55,909 bases of DNA from an uncultured Chitinophagales bacterium (GTDB lineage Bacteria; Bacteroidota; Bacteroidia; Chitinophagales; UBA2359). The stretch is from contig CAZZIZ010000003.1 in the NCBI GenBank assembly GCA_964654535.1, positions 1 through 55,909 on the forward strand, read 5' to 3'. Each line of letters begins with the position of its first letter. The first letter of the stretch is position 1. This document shows positions 18,343 through 27,380 of the stretch, one piece after another. The position numbers and the translations under genes were made by a program. Under the pieces are notes generated by a model that was not told the origin of the DNA, ran no database searches, and saw only the letters and a program-made list of their open reading frames with translations.

Positions 18343-20274
18343 ATGGATAACATCAGACATATGAAAGAGCAGCACAAACCAATTGAGATAATGATAGAGA
18401 AGATTAATTATCTCTATTCACAGATGAGTAAAGATTGTGATGATAACAAGCACATCGAGCTTTCTCTACTCAAGAAATATAGCTCTGAACTTTATGATCG
18501 GGTTATTGACTTGGAACTTGCAGTGACTAACAGCTTGGACTCTAAAGACGACTCCAAGGATTTTGAATCGACGCTTGCAAATGCAATTGACCGCGAGGAA
18601 ACTGGCAAAGAAGAAGAAATACTCGAGGGTAATACTGTTGAGGATGTGGTACGCTTAGAATTTGCTGCTGAGGGTAAGCGCATTATGCGTCGTCTGAAAC
18701 GAATCAACAAACTCAATGGTGAGGTTATAGAAGTGCATCAAGATGATGCGCTTGAGGAAGGTACAATGGCGGAATACAAAAAACCGCAAAGCAAATTTCT
18801 AACTGGTTCTGGCCTGGTGGCAGCAAGTGCGCTTACCGCAACAGTTGAAACAAATAATCTTGAAGAAGAAAGTTCAACCGAAATAGAAGAAACGGAAACG
18901 CTAGGGTTTTCAGAAGTTGAGAAAGTGGAACCTGTTACAATCGAAAACGAAGTAGAAGAAACTGTAGAAACTGAAAGTTCGACCGAAATAATTACGGAAG
19001 AAAAAGCAATAGAGCAAGAAACTTTAAGGGAAGAGTTAGAACCAGAAATAGTTGAAGCAACTAGTCTTGAAGAATCTAACATCGTTGAAGAATCAATTTT
19101 AGAAAAAACTGAAACGCCAGAAGAGAAACTTATTGAAGCGGCAACGGAAGAAATAGAAATTGTAGAAGAACCGTCGATTGTTCCTGAGCAAACAAAGGTT
19201 GAAGAAATAGAAATTGTTGAAGCAATAAATACCACTGAAATTCCAGAAGAGACGGTAGAGGTCGTTGAGTCTGTAGAAGAAGTTGGATTGGACGAAGTGC
19301 AAGAGATAGAAGAACCACTGATTGCAGAAGCGAGCGCTCCAGTTGAAGCATCATCTGAAATGGAATCTGTGAAGGACTCCGATTGGGTAAAAGCTGCTGA
19401 GGAAGAAGGAAAGGTAAAGCAAGAGCCTGTAGAAACTACTGAAGCTAGCATGGAAAGTAAAGAAGAGCTAGTGACGGAGGCAAATGATGTCGAAGCAAAT
19501 ACTGAAGTTGAAGCAGATCAAGAGCCAGAGAAACTCACAGTATTAGAGGAGATATTTGGCAAGAACTTTTTCGCAGCTGGGGCAGCAGCAGCTGGAACTG
19601 CTGGAGCAACCAGTATTTTAGGATCTGGCGATACTGACATTATTGATACAATAGAGACAGCAGACAATGATGTGGTCGACGAGGTGGAGCAAGCACTTGA
19701 AAATGCTATTGAGGCGGAAGTAGATACGCCAACTGAAGTACTCGAAATAGATGAAGCCCTAGTGGATGAACCACTAGAAAATATTGAAGAAGCTAAATCT
19801 GCTGAAACAGAAATCTTAAACCCTGAACGAATTGCTGAAGAGCCAGCAGTAGTTGAAGACTCTGCTTTGGAAGAGCCGTTTGTAGAGGAGCCAGTGCTAG
19901 AAAAACCTCTGGTTGAAGCAGAAACACCTGTTTTAGAAAAGGCGGAAGAGCCTGTAGCGGAAATTGCAGAAGTAAACGAAGTAGAAACGGTTGAAGAAGA
20001 AATAGTAGAACCTGTTGAAGAAATTGTTCAGTCAACTGGCGACCTCAACTTTTTCGACATCAACAACAATCAGAAAATTCGTTTCGTGAATGAACTGTTT
20101 GCTGGCGAACAAAACACTTACGACGAAACCTTAAAGGAAATGAGCCTATCCAAAAATGTGATTGAGGCTTATACCTACATCAACTTACATGTTAAAGCAA
20201 AGTACAAATGGGATAGTGAAAACGATACCGTTCGCGAATTTCAAAAGATTGTAAAGGATAAATTCCTTTCCTAG
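18343..20274 (+). CDS. Highly acidic Glu/Val/Thr-rich low-complexity protein with structured N- and C-terminal ends
   Basis: 643-aa ORF. The ~450-aa central region is dominated by E, V, T and I (EEIEIVEE, EEPVxE strings). The non-repetitive C-terminus is DLNFFDINNNQKIRFVNELFAGEQNTYDETLKEM... Confidence 0.6.
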   Translation: MDNIRHMKEQHKPIEIMIEKINYLYSQMSKDCDDNKHIELSLLKKYSSELYDRVIDLELAVTNSLDSKDDSKDFESTLANAIDREETGKEEEILEGNTVEDVVRLEFAAEGKRIMRRLKRINKLNGEVIEVHQDDALEEGTMAEYKKPQSKFLTGSGLVAASALTATVETNNLEEESSTEIEETETLGFSEVEKVEPVTIENEVEETVETESSTEIITEEKAIEQETLREELEPEIVEATSLEESNIVEESILEKTETPEEKLIEAATEEIEIVEEPSIVPEQTKVEEIEIVEAINTTEIPEETVEVVESVEEVGLDEVQEIEEPLIAEASAPVEASSEMESVKDSDWVKAAEEEGKVKQEPVETTEASMESKEELVTEANDVEANTEVEADQEPEKLTVLEEIFGKNFFAAGAAAAGTAGATSILGSGDTDIIDTIETADNDVVDEVEQALENAIEAEVDTPTEVLEIDEALVDEPLENIEEAKSAETEILNPERIAEEPAVVEDSALEEPFVEEPVLEKPLVEAETPVLEKAEEPVAEIAEVNEVETVEEEIVEPVEEIVQSTGDLNFFDINNNQKIRFVNELFAGEQNTYDETLKEMSLSKNVIEAYTYINLHVKAKYKWDSENDTVREFQKIVKDKFLS

Positions 20275-21518
20275 AGTAAACTTGGAATTAAAGACTTTAA
20301 AAAGGCGTAGATCATTTCGGTTGCGCCTTTTTCTTTTTGGAAGTAAGTCTTAAGTTTTTCTCTGGCCTCTTCACGATTTTTACTGGACAAAGCGGTCGTC
20401 GCTGCACGATGCAAACCTTCGACATTATTGATTTCTAGTCCAACTCCCAACTCCTTCAAATCCTGAGCTTCTCTGAATCGCTTGTTCTTGGGGCCAAAAA
20501 TTACTGGAATTCCATAAACTGCAGCCTCCAACACATTATGGATCCCCTCACCAAAACCTCCACCAATATATGCGCAATAGCCGTATTGATACAATGAAGC
20601 CAGCATACCAATGTTGTCAATAAGCAAGACACGCTCATCCTTCAGTGCTTGCCCCTTCAATAAATCAGAGTAGCCAACAAGTAAAGGACCAAACAAGGAA
20701 GCGACTTTAGATAAATGAGATTCTCCGATCTCGTGCGGTGCTAGTACCAATTTGAGCTCAGGCTGCGCTTGAATCAACTCAAACAACAACTGCTCATCCT
20801 TTTCCCAAGTACTCCCCGCCACTATGGTGGGAGCACCCTTCGCAAATGAGTCCACAACAGCATTAGCCTCTGGCTCTCGAGCGCTTTCAATTACCCGATC
20901 AATCCTAGTATCCCCGGCAACACTCGTTTTTTGATAGCCCGCCTTTTCCAGAACGACCTTAGTCGACTCATCTTGCACGAAAATATGGTCAAACTTAAAA
21001 AGCGCTTCCCGTATAAAGCCTCCACCCGCACTGAAATAACGAGCACCTTCATTAAACTTAGCAGAGATAAGAACGGAAGGTATGTTTCTGGCTTTTAAGC
21101 CCGAGAGGTAATTGGGCCAGACTTCGTACTTCACGAAAACGGCAAGAACAGGTTTTACCGCATCCAAAAAGGCTGCAGCGTTCGCACGAGAATCCAAGGG
21201 CAAATAAAACACCCTATCTGCTCGAGCATAATCCTTTCTTATCTCATAACCAGAAGGCGAGAAAAAAGTCAGAACTATTTGTTGCTCAGCATTGGCCTCC
21301 TTAATTTTTTCAATGAGCGGCCTACCCTGCTCAAATTCACCTAGGCTAGCGCAATGAATCCAGATCGGATTATTCAGTCCTTTACTTTCACTAAGCAGTT
21401 TAGAAACAAGTCCACTCTGCCCCGCTAACCATCGTTTAGTCTTAGGGTGAAAAGGAGCAATAACGCGCATCCCCAGCTGCCCTAATCCAATACTGCAGTC
21501 GTAGAGAAATTGCCGCAT
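20271..21518 (-). CDS. waaA: 3-deoxy-D-manno-octulosonic acid (Kdo) transferase
   Basis: 415 aa. N-terminal IWIHCASLGEFEQGRPLIE (HxxSxGE) motif and a GT-B C-terminal half (GGFGEGIHNVLEAAVYGIPVIFGP). Confidence 0.8.
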   Translation of the reverse strand: MRQFLYDCSIGLGQLGMRVIAPFHPKTKRWLAGQSGLVSKLLSESKGLNNPIWIHCASLGEFEQGRPLIEKIKEANAEQQIVLTFFSPSGYEIRKDYARADRVFYLPLDSRANAAAFLDAVKPVLAVFVKYEVWPNYLSGLKARNIPSVLISAKFNEGARYFSAGGGFIREALFKFDHIFVQDESTKVVLEKAGYQKTSVAGDTRIDRVIESAREPEANAVVDSFAKGAPTIVAGSTWEKDEQLLFELIQAQPELKLVLAPHEIGESHLSKVASLFGPLLVGYSDLLKGQALKDERVLLIDNIGMLASLYQYGYCAYIGGGFGEGIHNVLEAAVYGIPVIFGPKNKRFREAQDLKELGVGLEINNVEGLHRAATTALSSKNREEAREKLKTYFQKEKGATEMIYAFLKSLIPSLL

Positions 21519-22264
21519 TAGTTGTAGTAGTAGGTATCGCTTCTGCCATTTCTATAAATTGGCAAGATCCAGCCAGCTCTAATGCCGTAAATCAGATCAA
21601 ATCTATTTTCAATAGGGAAGGTCTGGGTATCAAAATTAAAAACACGACGTTCACCAGTAAATGCAGGAAGCACTTGCAGTCCAACATAAAAGTTCTTCAG
21701 TTTGTTTTCATCCAAGTGCGTTAGTCCAAAGTAGAGTTCAGTATGTATACCATTAGTCAAGCGGTCGTAGCCCTTTAGAAGATCACCAGTTAATTGGGGC
21801 ACCTCCTCCATACTTATACCAAAAGCTATTTTGTGCTCAATAAAACCAAAACCAGCTTTGGCCACCCACATCCAACTCCCGGAGTCAGCCAACTGCCAAG
21901 TCTTGCCCAAATTGAACTGGATTTTGTAACCAAAAAGCGAAGGGTCAACTACTGCCGGAAATCCATTAGCACCAATTACCTGACCGTTACTATTAATAAG
22001 GTTCGCCCCGAGGTTTGGCTCAACAACATCTTGCCCAAAGAAAACACCACCTTCGATACCATAGAGTATCCGCGAAGGCGCCATTATTTCCCAAGACAAG
22101 TTAACTGAGCGACTACCCTCAAACCTATCGGCTAAATCAGCGCCAGTAGCGTGTACACCCATGCCCAAACCAATCAAATGTGTGCTTTTTGGGCGCTGCT
22201 CCTCTTGCGCACAAAGCGCCGCAGAAAAGCAAATGAGGAACAAAAAAAAGTTTACTCTAAACAC
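21518..22264 (-). CDS. Secreted hypothetical protein, probable outer-membrane beta-barrel
   Basis: Signal peptide MFRVNFFLFLICFSAALCAQ, alternating hydrophobic strands, and an aromatic C-terminus (TYYYN). Its stop overlaps the waaA start by 1 nt, suggesting an operon. Confidence 0.5.
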   Translation of the reverse strand: MFRVNFFLFLICFSAALCAQEEQRPKSTHLIGLGMGVHATGADLADRFEGSRSVNLSWEIMAPSRILYGIEGGVFFGQDVVEPNLGANLINSNGQVIGANGFPAVVDPSLFGYKIQFNLGKTWQLADSGSWMWVAKAGFGFIEHKIAFGISMEEVPQLTGDLLKGYDRLTNGIHTELYFGLTHLDENKLKNFYVGLQVLPAFTGERRVFNFDTQTFPIENRFDLIYGIRAGWILPIYRNGRSDTYYYN

Positions 22265-22447
22265 TCTTTAAAGATACCTCAATCAAACCGCCTTTTAGGA
22301 AAATTTAAGTCTCCGAAGCGTAAGGATAAGCGTAAAATCAGTTTTTCATATCGAAATAAGAACCTAATTTCGCGCAGCCGAACTGTTAAACCTTAGGCTC
22401 ATAGGATGTCTAAGTGCAGGAACGAATAAAACATAAACGGAAAAACC

Positions 22448-23065
22448 ATGAAATATCTATTACTCGCGCTTATGCTGGTCACTACAAGTCTTCAAGCGCA
22501 AATCAATACAGAAGAAAAAGCGCTTGCTGCAACATTACAAGATGGTATGTACGCAGTTTTTGAAACCACCAAAGGAAACATCATTTGCAAATTGGACTAC
22601 GAAAAAGTACCGCTTACCGTTGCAAACTTTGTAGGCTTGGTAGAAGGAACACGCAACAATCGCCTACGTCCAACAGGTCAGCCATTTTATGATGGCAATA
22701 CATTTCACAGAGTACTTCCAAACTTTATGATTCAGGGAGGTGCGGTTCTCAATGGCGACGGCGAGGATATCGGATACAAATTTCGCGACGAAATAGATCA
22801 GACCCTACGTCACAACCGTTCGGGCATTTTGTCAATGGCCAATGCCGGACCGGCGACCAACAACACCCAGTTTTTTATCACACACGTTCCAACTCCGTGG
22901 TTGGACAACAAGCACTCAGTTTTTGGATCGGTCATCGCTGGTCAGTACGTCGTGGACAGCATTGCACAAGGAGACACTATGTTGAAAGTGCGCATTATCC
23001 GCGTTGGCAAAACGGCCAAGAAGTTCGACGCAGAAAAGCAATTCAAAAAATTACAGGCGCAGTAG
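22448..23065 (+). CDS. Periplasmic cyclophilin-type peptidyl-prolyl cis-trans isomerase
   Basis: Signal peptide plus FHRVLPNFMIQGG and SMANAGPATNNTQFFIT motifs. Confidence 0.9.
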   Translation: MKYLLLALMLVTTSLQAQINTEEKALAATLQDGMYAVFETTKGNIICKLDYEKVPLTVANFVGLVEGTRNNRLRPTGQPFYDGNTFHRVLPNFMIQGGAVLNGDGEDIGYKFRDEIDQTLRHNRSGILSMANAGPATNNTQFFITHVPTPWLDNKHSVFGSVIAGQYVVDSIAQGDTMLKVRIIRVGKTAKKFDAEKQFKKLQAQ

Positions 23066-23280
23066 AGAAGCGTTTATTGGTATGTTGTTGTTAGATTTAA
23101 TCAGGGCAGCAACAGGCTATCCGCTTGTACTCGGCATGTCTGCGCTTTGTTCGGCATAGTCGCGGGTGCGTATTCCCTAAACGGTCATCCACCCCCGCTC
23201 CTTGCCTCACGTAAGCGCAGCCACACCTCATACCGCTACTATCCTGGCTGCGGGTTCTCCCTAAACCTATAGAAAAGAAA

Positions 23281-23533
23281 GTCATTTCGAAATTGTCGAG
23301 AAATCTCCCGGTCTCAAAGCGAGCGCAGCGATGAAACAGAAATGAAAATCAAAACGCTATGCTTTCCAGTGCTGGCGCGATCGTCTCGCTCGTGTCCGTA
23401 CTAAGCCGTCGCATTGTCAGCCTTTTCGGATAAGTCCTAACTGTAGAGCAATCATACTGTTTCGTATTACCGCTCATTACGCACTACGCGCAATTCGCTC
23501 ATAATCCTCTGATTTCTCGACAAGTTCGAAATG
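23281..23533. mobile_element. Nested MITE-like insert bounded by 25-nt imperfect terminal inverted repeats
   Basis: GTCATTTCGAAATTGTCGAGAAATC (23281-23305) faces GATTTCTCGACAAGTTCGAAATGGC (23511-23535). 23 of 25 positions are complementary. The ~205-nt interior has no consistent ORF. Confidence 0.55.
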
Positions 23534-23751
23534 GCTTTGGGGGTCCATGAAACCGTTTTTACATAACGTTTGAGGGCGAATACACAGATTTCTCGGCTGC
23601 GCTCCAAATGACAAGAGGATGAGATGCGTGAGGGATAGAGGCCTTTGTGGAGCTCCTGTTGGAAAAAGCAAGGAAAGACCTTAGCTCCCTAGAGCTAGAA
23701 GGGCTTTTTGCTTTTTGCAGAACAGAGCGACGGCCGAAAGCCCGACCCAAC

Positions 23752-23785
23752 AAAAAAGCCCCGCACGTTAGTGCGAGGCTTTTTT
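23752..23785. terminator. Bidirectional hairpin terminator, probably ending the minus-strand E2 transcript
   Basis: A6, then AGCCCCGCAC-GTTA-GTGCGAGGCT (10-bp stem, one mismatch), then T6. Confidence 0.6.
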
Positions 23786-23791
23786 GTTGGG

Positions 23792-23861
23792 GCACGCCCA
23801 AATCCTTAGGGCACGCCCAAATCCTTAGGGCACGCCCAAATCCTTAGGGCTCGCCCAAAAT
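23792..23861 (+). repeat. 19-bp direct tandem repeat, 3 full copies plus one degenerate
   Basis: GCACGCCCAAATCCTTAGG occurs at 23792-23810, 23811-23829 and 23830-23848, followed by GCTCGCCCAAAAT. Confidence 0.9.
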
Positions 23862-23870
23862 TTGAATTCC

Positions 23871-25211
23871 TTACACGACTTGACTATCGTCAAACTGCTC
23901 CAGATTATCGGCAACTCTTCTCAAAAATGAGCCACCCAAAAATCCGTCGACCACGCGGTGGTCGTAAGACAAGGACATCATCATCATATGGCGGATGCCG
24001 ATAACGTCGCCATCAATAGTCTCCAGCACGGCTGGTTTTTTAATTATAGCGCCGGTGGCTAAAATCGCCACTTGCGGTTGGTTTATAATTGGCGTTCCCG
24101 ACAGGTTTCCGAAAGTCCCTACATTGGTTAAAGTAAATGTACCTCCCTGAATATCGTCTGGTTTCAAGGCATTGCCTCTCGCCGCACGAACCAAGCGGTT
24201 TGTTTCTTTGGTAATGCCAACCAAGTTTAGCTGATCGGCGTTTTTAATAACTGGAACGATTAGGTTACCACTCGGTAAAGCGGCAGCTATTCCAATATTG
24301 ATGTTTCTTTTGAAAATAATATTGGTACCATCGACGCTAACATTTACGCCAGGAAAATCTTTGATGGCCCGAGCAACGGCCTCCACGAATATTGGCGTGA
24401 AAGTTATATTCTCTCCTTCGCGTTCTTTAAACGGGCCTTTAACTCGGTTCCTCCACTTATACATGTTGGTTACATCGGCTTCTACGAAAGAAGTAACGTG
24501 TGGCGAAGTACTCTTGGACATAACCATGTGATCGGCTATGAGTTTACGCATACGATCCATCTCTACCACTTTGTCTCCGTGTCCGACACTAACCGCCGCG
24601 CTTTGCTTCGCTACAGATTTGTTTACGACCGCTACTTGAGATTCGCTTTGCGCCGGTGCTTGAGCTTGCCCTGCACCATTTCCTCTATTCTGTAAATAGT
24701 TGAGAATATCGCTCTTGGTTACTCTACCCTCTTTGCCTGATCCGTGTATGGCATCTAATTCAGCCATTGCAACGCCTTCTTGGCGGGCTATGTTTAGCAC
24801 AAGTGGACTGTAGAATCTTCCCGATCCACCATTGCTTAAAACGGGCGCTGACTTGACTACTTCTATAGTACTTGTTTGCACCGGGCTCATAGCCTCCTTT
24901 ACAACATTGGGCTGAGCTTTAACCTTTTCAATTACTGGTTCGTCAGCCGGACTGGCTGTATTAGCCGCTCCTACGGTTTCAATTATTGCAATCGCTTTTC
25001 CTACTTCTATAACGTCTCCTTCCTGAAAGAGAATTTTGTGCAGTGTTCCTTCGACTGGAGAAGGCACTTCAGAATCAACTTTGTCGGTAGCAATTTCCAA
25101 CACTGATTCCTCCAAGGCTATACTTTCACCTTCTTTTTTGAGCCACTTGAGTATGGTCGCTTCAACAATACTTTCACCCATTTTGGGCATTATAAGTTCT
25201 ACCTGAGCCAT
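23871..25211 (-). CDS. 2-oxoacid dehydrogenase E2 component (dihydrolipoyllysine-residue acyltransferase)
   Basis: N-terminal lipoyl domain (LEIATDKVDSEVPSP), a peripheral subunit-binding domain (SPLVLNIARQEGV) and the catalytic SLSYDHRVVDG motif. Confidence 0.9.
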   Translation of the reverse strand: MAQVELIMPKMGESIVEATILKWLKKEGESIALEESVLEIATDKVDSEVPSPVEGTLHKILFQEGDVIEVGKAIAIIETVGAANTASPADEPVIEKVKAQPNVVKEAMSPVQTSTIEVVKSAPVLSNGGSGRFYSPLVLNIARQEGVAMAELDAIHGSGKEGRVTKSDILNYLQNRGNGAGQAQAPAQSESQVAVVNKSVAKQSAAVSVGHGDKVVEMDRMRKLIADHMVMSKSTSPHVTSFVEADVTNMYKWRNRVKGPFKEREGENITFTPIFVEAVARAIKDFPGVNVSVDGTNIIFKRNINIGIAAALPSGNLIVPVIKNADQLNLVGITKETNRLVRAARGNALKPDDIQGGTFTLTNVGTFGNLSGTPIINQPQVAILATGAIIKKPAVLETIDGDVIGIRHMMMMSLSYDHRVVDGFLGGSFLRRVADNLEQFDDSQVV

Positions 25212-25265
25212 GTTCTTGTTTAAATTTCCTTAAACGAAAATAAGGCAAATATTGCAAGGTAAGCC

Positions 25266-26510
25266 CTATCCTAATATGCACTTTCTCAAGAAGTTAAGGG
25301 CCAAATTTGATGCTAAAGGAATATTTATCTCCCTACTCTGCGTTAGGTTCAGCAATTTCGTTTTTACCACTGTTTCCTTTGCGGCTTTTTGGGCGACTGC
25401 TAGCCAAACCGTTCCTACAGGTTTATCGGGGGTTCCTCCACCAGGACCAGCTATACCCGAAATAGCTAGTGTGATATCTGCCTTTAGACTATCAATTGCT
25501 CCTCGCGCCATTTCTATAACCGTTTCTTCGCTTACGGCACCCTTAGCGATTATGGTGTTCGGTTCTACAGCTAATAAGTCTGACTTCATTTCATTTGAAT
25601 AGGCGATTACACTTCCGTTGTAGAATCGTGAAGAGCCTGGAATACTGGTTATCAAATGACTGATAAATCCTCCGGTACAGCTTTCGGCCAGGCCAAGTTT
25701 TAAGTTTCGATTAGTTATGAGTTCAGCTATAACTTCTGCTAGTTCTTGCTCGCCTTCTCCAAACACGCAAGGCGCTATGATTTTCTTAATTGACTCTGCG
25801 GTATCATTTACGTGTCTCTCTACTTCGGCTTTGCCTCTTCCACTGACTCTAACCCGCACCTTTCCCATACTAGGCAAATAAGCCAATGAAACTCCATTTG
25901 GTAAATCGCTTTCTTCTTTGGCAATTAGATCAGCAATCTTAGATTCGGGTAATCCTGCGGTAAGTATGGTTCGGTGGTAAATAAAATTGGTGTCGTAGCT
26001 AGCTTCGAGTTTAGGTAATACGACTCGCGTCATCATATCTTTCATTTCGTAAGGAACACCGGGCATTGATACCACAACCTTGTTTTCTCGTTCAAACCAC
26101 ATAGAAGCCGCGGTCCCTTTTTGATTTATAAAGACTTCGCATGCTTCCGGGACTAAACTCATTTGGTAGGCGGTATCGCTCAATGCTCGATTTCGACTGG
26201 CGTAGTACTTTTTGAGGTGCTCTAAGATTTCAGGGTTTTCCACCATTTCGCAGTTATAATACTCCGCTAGGGTGGTTTTGGTGATATCGTCCTTGGTTGG
26301 CCCAAGTCCCCCGGTAATGAGAACTATGCTATAACTCTTAATCAATCGGTCTAGCGCGGCCAAAATCTGAGTTTTTTCATCACTTACGGTTACAATCTCC
26401 TTTAAATCGAATCCTCTAGCATTGAGCTCTTTGGCCATCCAGGCGCTATTTGTATCTATAATTTGGCCAATGAGTATTTCATCGCCAATTGTCATAATTG
26501 CCGTATTCAT
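25266..26510 (-). CDS. cinA: CinA family protein (MoCF-binding domain plus nicotinamide-nucleotide amidase domain)
   Basis: MNTAIMTIGDEILIGQIIDTNS at the N-terminus and LAESCTGG in the C-terminal PncC-like domain. Start placed at ATG 26510 rather than the track start 26558. Confidence 0.85.
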   Translation of the reverse strand: MNTAIMTIGDEILIGQIIDTNSAWMAKELNARGFDLKEIVTVSDEKTQILAALDRLIKSYSIVLITGGLGPTKDDITKTTLAEYYNCEMVENPEILEHLKKYYASRNRALSDTAYQMSLVPEACEVFINQKGTAASMWFERENKVVVSMPGVPYEMKDMMTRVVLPKLEASYDTNFIYHRTILTAGLPESKIADLIAKEESDLPNGVSLAYLPSMGKVRVRVSGRGKAEVERHVNDTAESIKKIIAPCVFGEGEQELAEVIAELITNRNLKLGLAESCTGGFISHLITSIPGSSRFYNGSVIAYSNEMKSDLLAVEPNTIIAKGAVSEETVIEMARGAIDSLKADITLAISGIAGPGGGTPDKPVGTVWLAVAQKAAKETVVKTKLLNLTQSREINIPLASNLALNFLRKCILG

Positions 26511-26588
26511 GTAGATATCTTTTCTGCCTAATAAACCCTTCAAAAGTAAGAAAGTCAAACCTTTGGTCTTTCAACTAAAAACCAAGGA

Positions 26589-27320
26589 ATGAAAAGAATA
26601 ATCATTTTATGTGCTTGTGTTGTCGCGTTTTCTGCATGCTCGGGATCAGGCAATATTTTACAAACCGTAAACGATGTACTCGCTGATGTAGAGGGTACAA
26701 CTGGCGGTGTTACTGACAGAGATGTCTCGAACGGGCTGAAAGAAGCTCTAGTAAGTGGGCTCATTAAAGGAGTAAACGTTGTTTCTAAAGAAAACGGCTA
26801 CTTCAAAAATCCTCAGATTAGAATTCCTTGGCCTGACAATGTGAAAAAGGTTGAGACTCGTCTACGAAGCATTGGGCTTGACAATCAAGTAGACAAGGTA
26901 GTGCTGACCCTTAATCGCGCTGCTGAAGAGGCGGCGTCTAAGGCCAAACCTATTTTCTTAGGCGCCATTAAGCAGCTGACATTTGCTGACGCTATGAATA
27001 TCCTAAAAGGAGAAAATGACGCAGCGACTCAATTCTTAAAGCGTGCCACTACGAGTCAATTGACCGCTGAGTTTACACCAGTAATTGATAATGCGCTGGA
27101 TTCTACACAAGGCACCAAGTACTGGGGAGAAATTATCAATACCTATAACAAAATTCCTCTAGTTGAAAAGGTTGACCCTGATTTAACTGGCTTCGTAACT
27201 GGAAAAGCTATGGACGGTCTTTTTACGATGGTAGCTAAAGAAGAGTTGAAAATTAGAAAAGATCCAGTGGCTAGAACTTCTGAGTTATTGAAGAAAGTTT
27301 TTGCTCTTCAGGATTTGTAG
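26589..27320 (+). CDS. DUF4197-like lipoprotein
   Basis: Lipobox (VVAFSACSGSG). The GLKEALVSGLIKGVNVVSKENGYFKNPQIRIPWP pattern resembles the DUF4197 family. Assigned from memory only. Confidence 0.55.
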   Translation: MKRIIILCACVVAFSACSGSGNILQTVNDVLADVEGTTGGVTDRDVSNGLKEALVSGLIKGVNVVSKENGYFKNPQIRIPWPDNVKKVETRLRSIGLDNQVDKVVLTLNRAAEEAASKAKPIFLGAIKQLTFADAMNILKGENDAATQFLKRATTSQLTAEFTPVIDNALDSTQGTKYWGEIINTYNKIPLVEKVDPDLTGFVTGKAMDGLFTMVAKEELKIRKDPVARTSELLKKVFALQDL

Positions 27321-27352
27321 TTTCAATTGATATTGGGCAAAGAATATTTGAA

Positions 27353-27380
27353 GCGACCTGAAATCAGGTCGCTTTTTTTT
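27353..27380 (+). terminator. Rho-independent terminator after the DUF4197 gene
   Basis: GCGACCTG-AAAT-CAGGTCGC hairpin followed by T8. Confidence 0.85.

Larger units (their letters stand above)
23104..23861 (+). repeat. Copy B of the composite intergenic element, with an expanded core and a 3' tandem array
   Basis: The left module 23104-23258 and right module 23626-23750 match copy A. The core, ~370 nt against ~150 nt in A, holds a nested inverted-repeat element. The 3' end carries three 19-bp repeats where copy A has one related unit (GGTACGCCCATAA at ~14342). Confidence 0.75.

Noticed and set aside
18738-19451. 237-aa Ser-rich ORF on the minus strand, plus other short ORFs within 18.4-20.0 kb
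   Set aside because: It is the antisense of the Glu-rich coding region. It lacks structured ends and would overlap the better-supported plus-strand gene along its entire length.
25252-25602. 116-aa plus-strand ORF overlapping cinA. Similar embedded ORFs occur at 285..515, 924..1328, 7110..7505, 13071..13445 and 15028..15423
   Set aside because: All lie wholly inside, and antisense or out of frame to, well-supported conserved genes, and none has a motif.
1-27320. A search for defense islands, toxin-antitoxin pairs, prophage or integrative-element genes in the housekeeping half
   Set aside because: Every ORF above ~100 aa has a plausible housekeeping or envelope assignment. There are no integrases, transposases, nucleases of defense type, or small adjacent ORF pairs.
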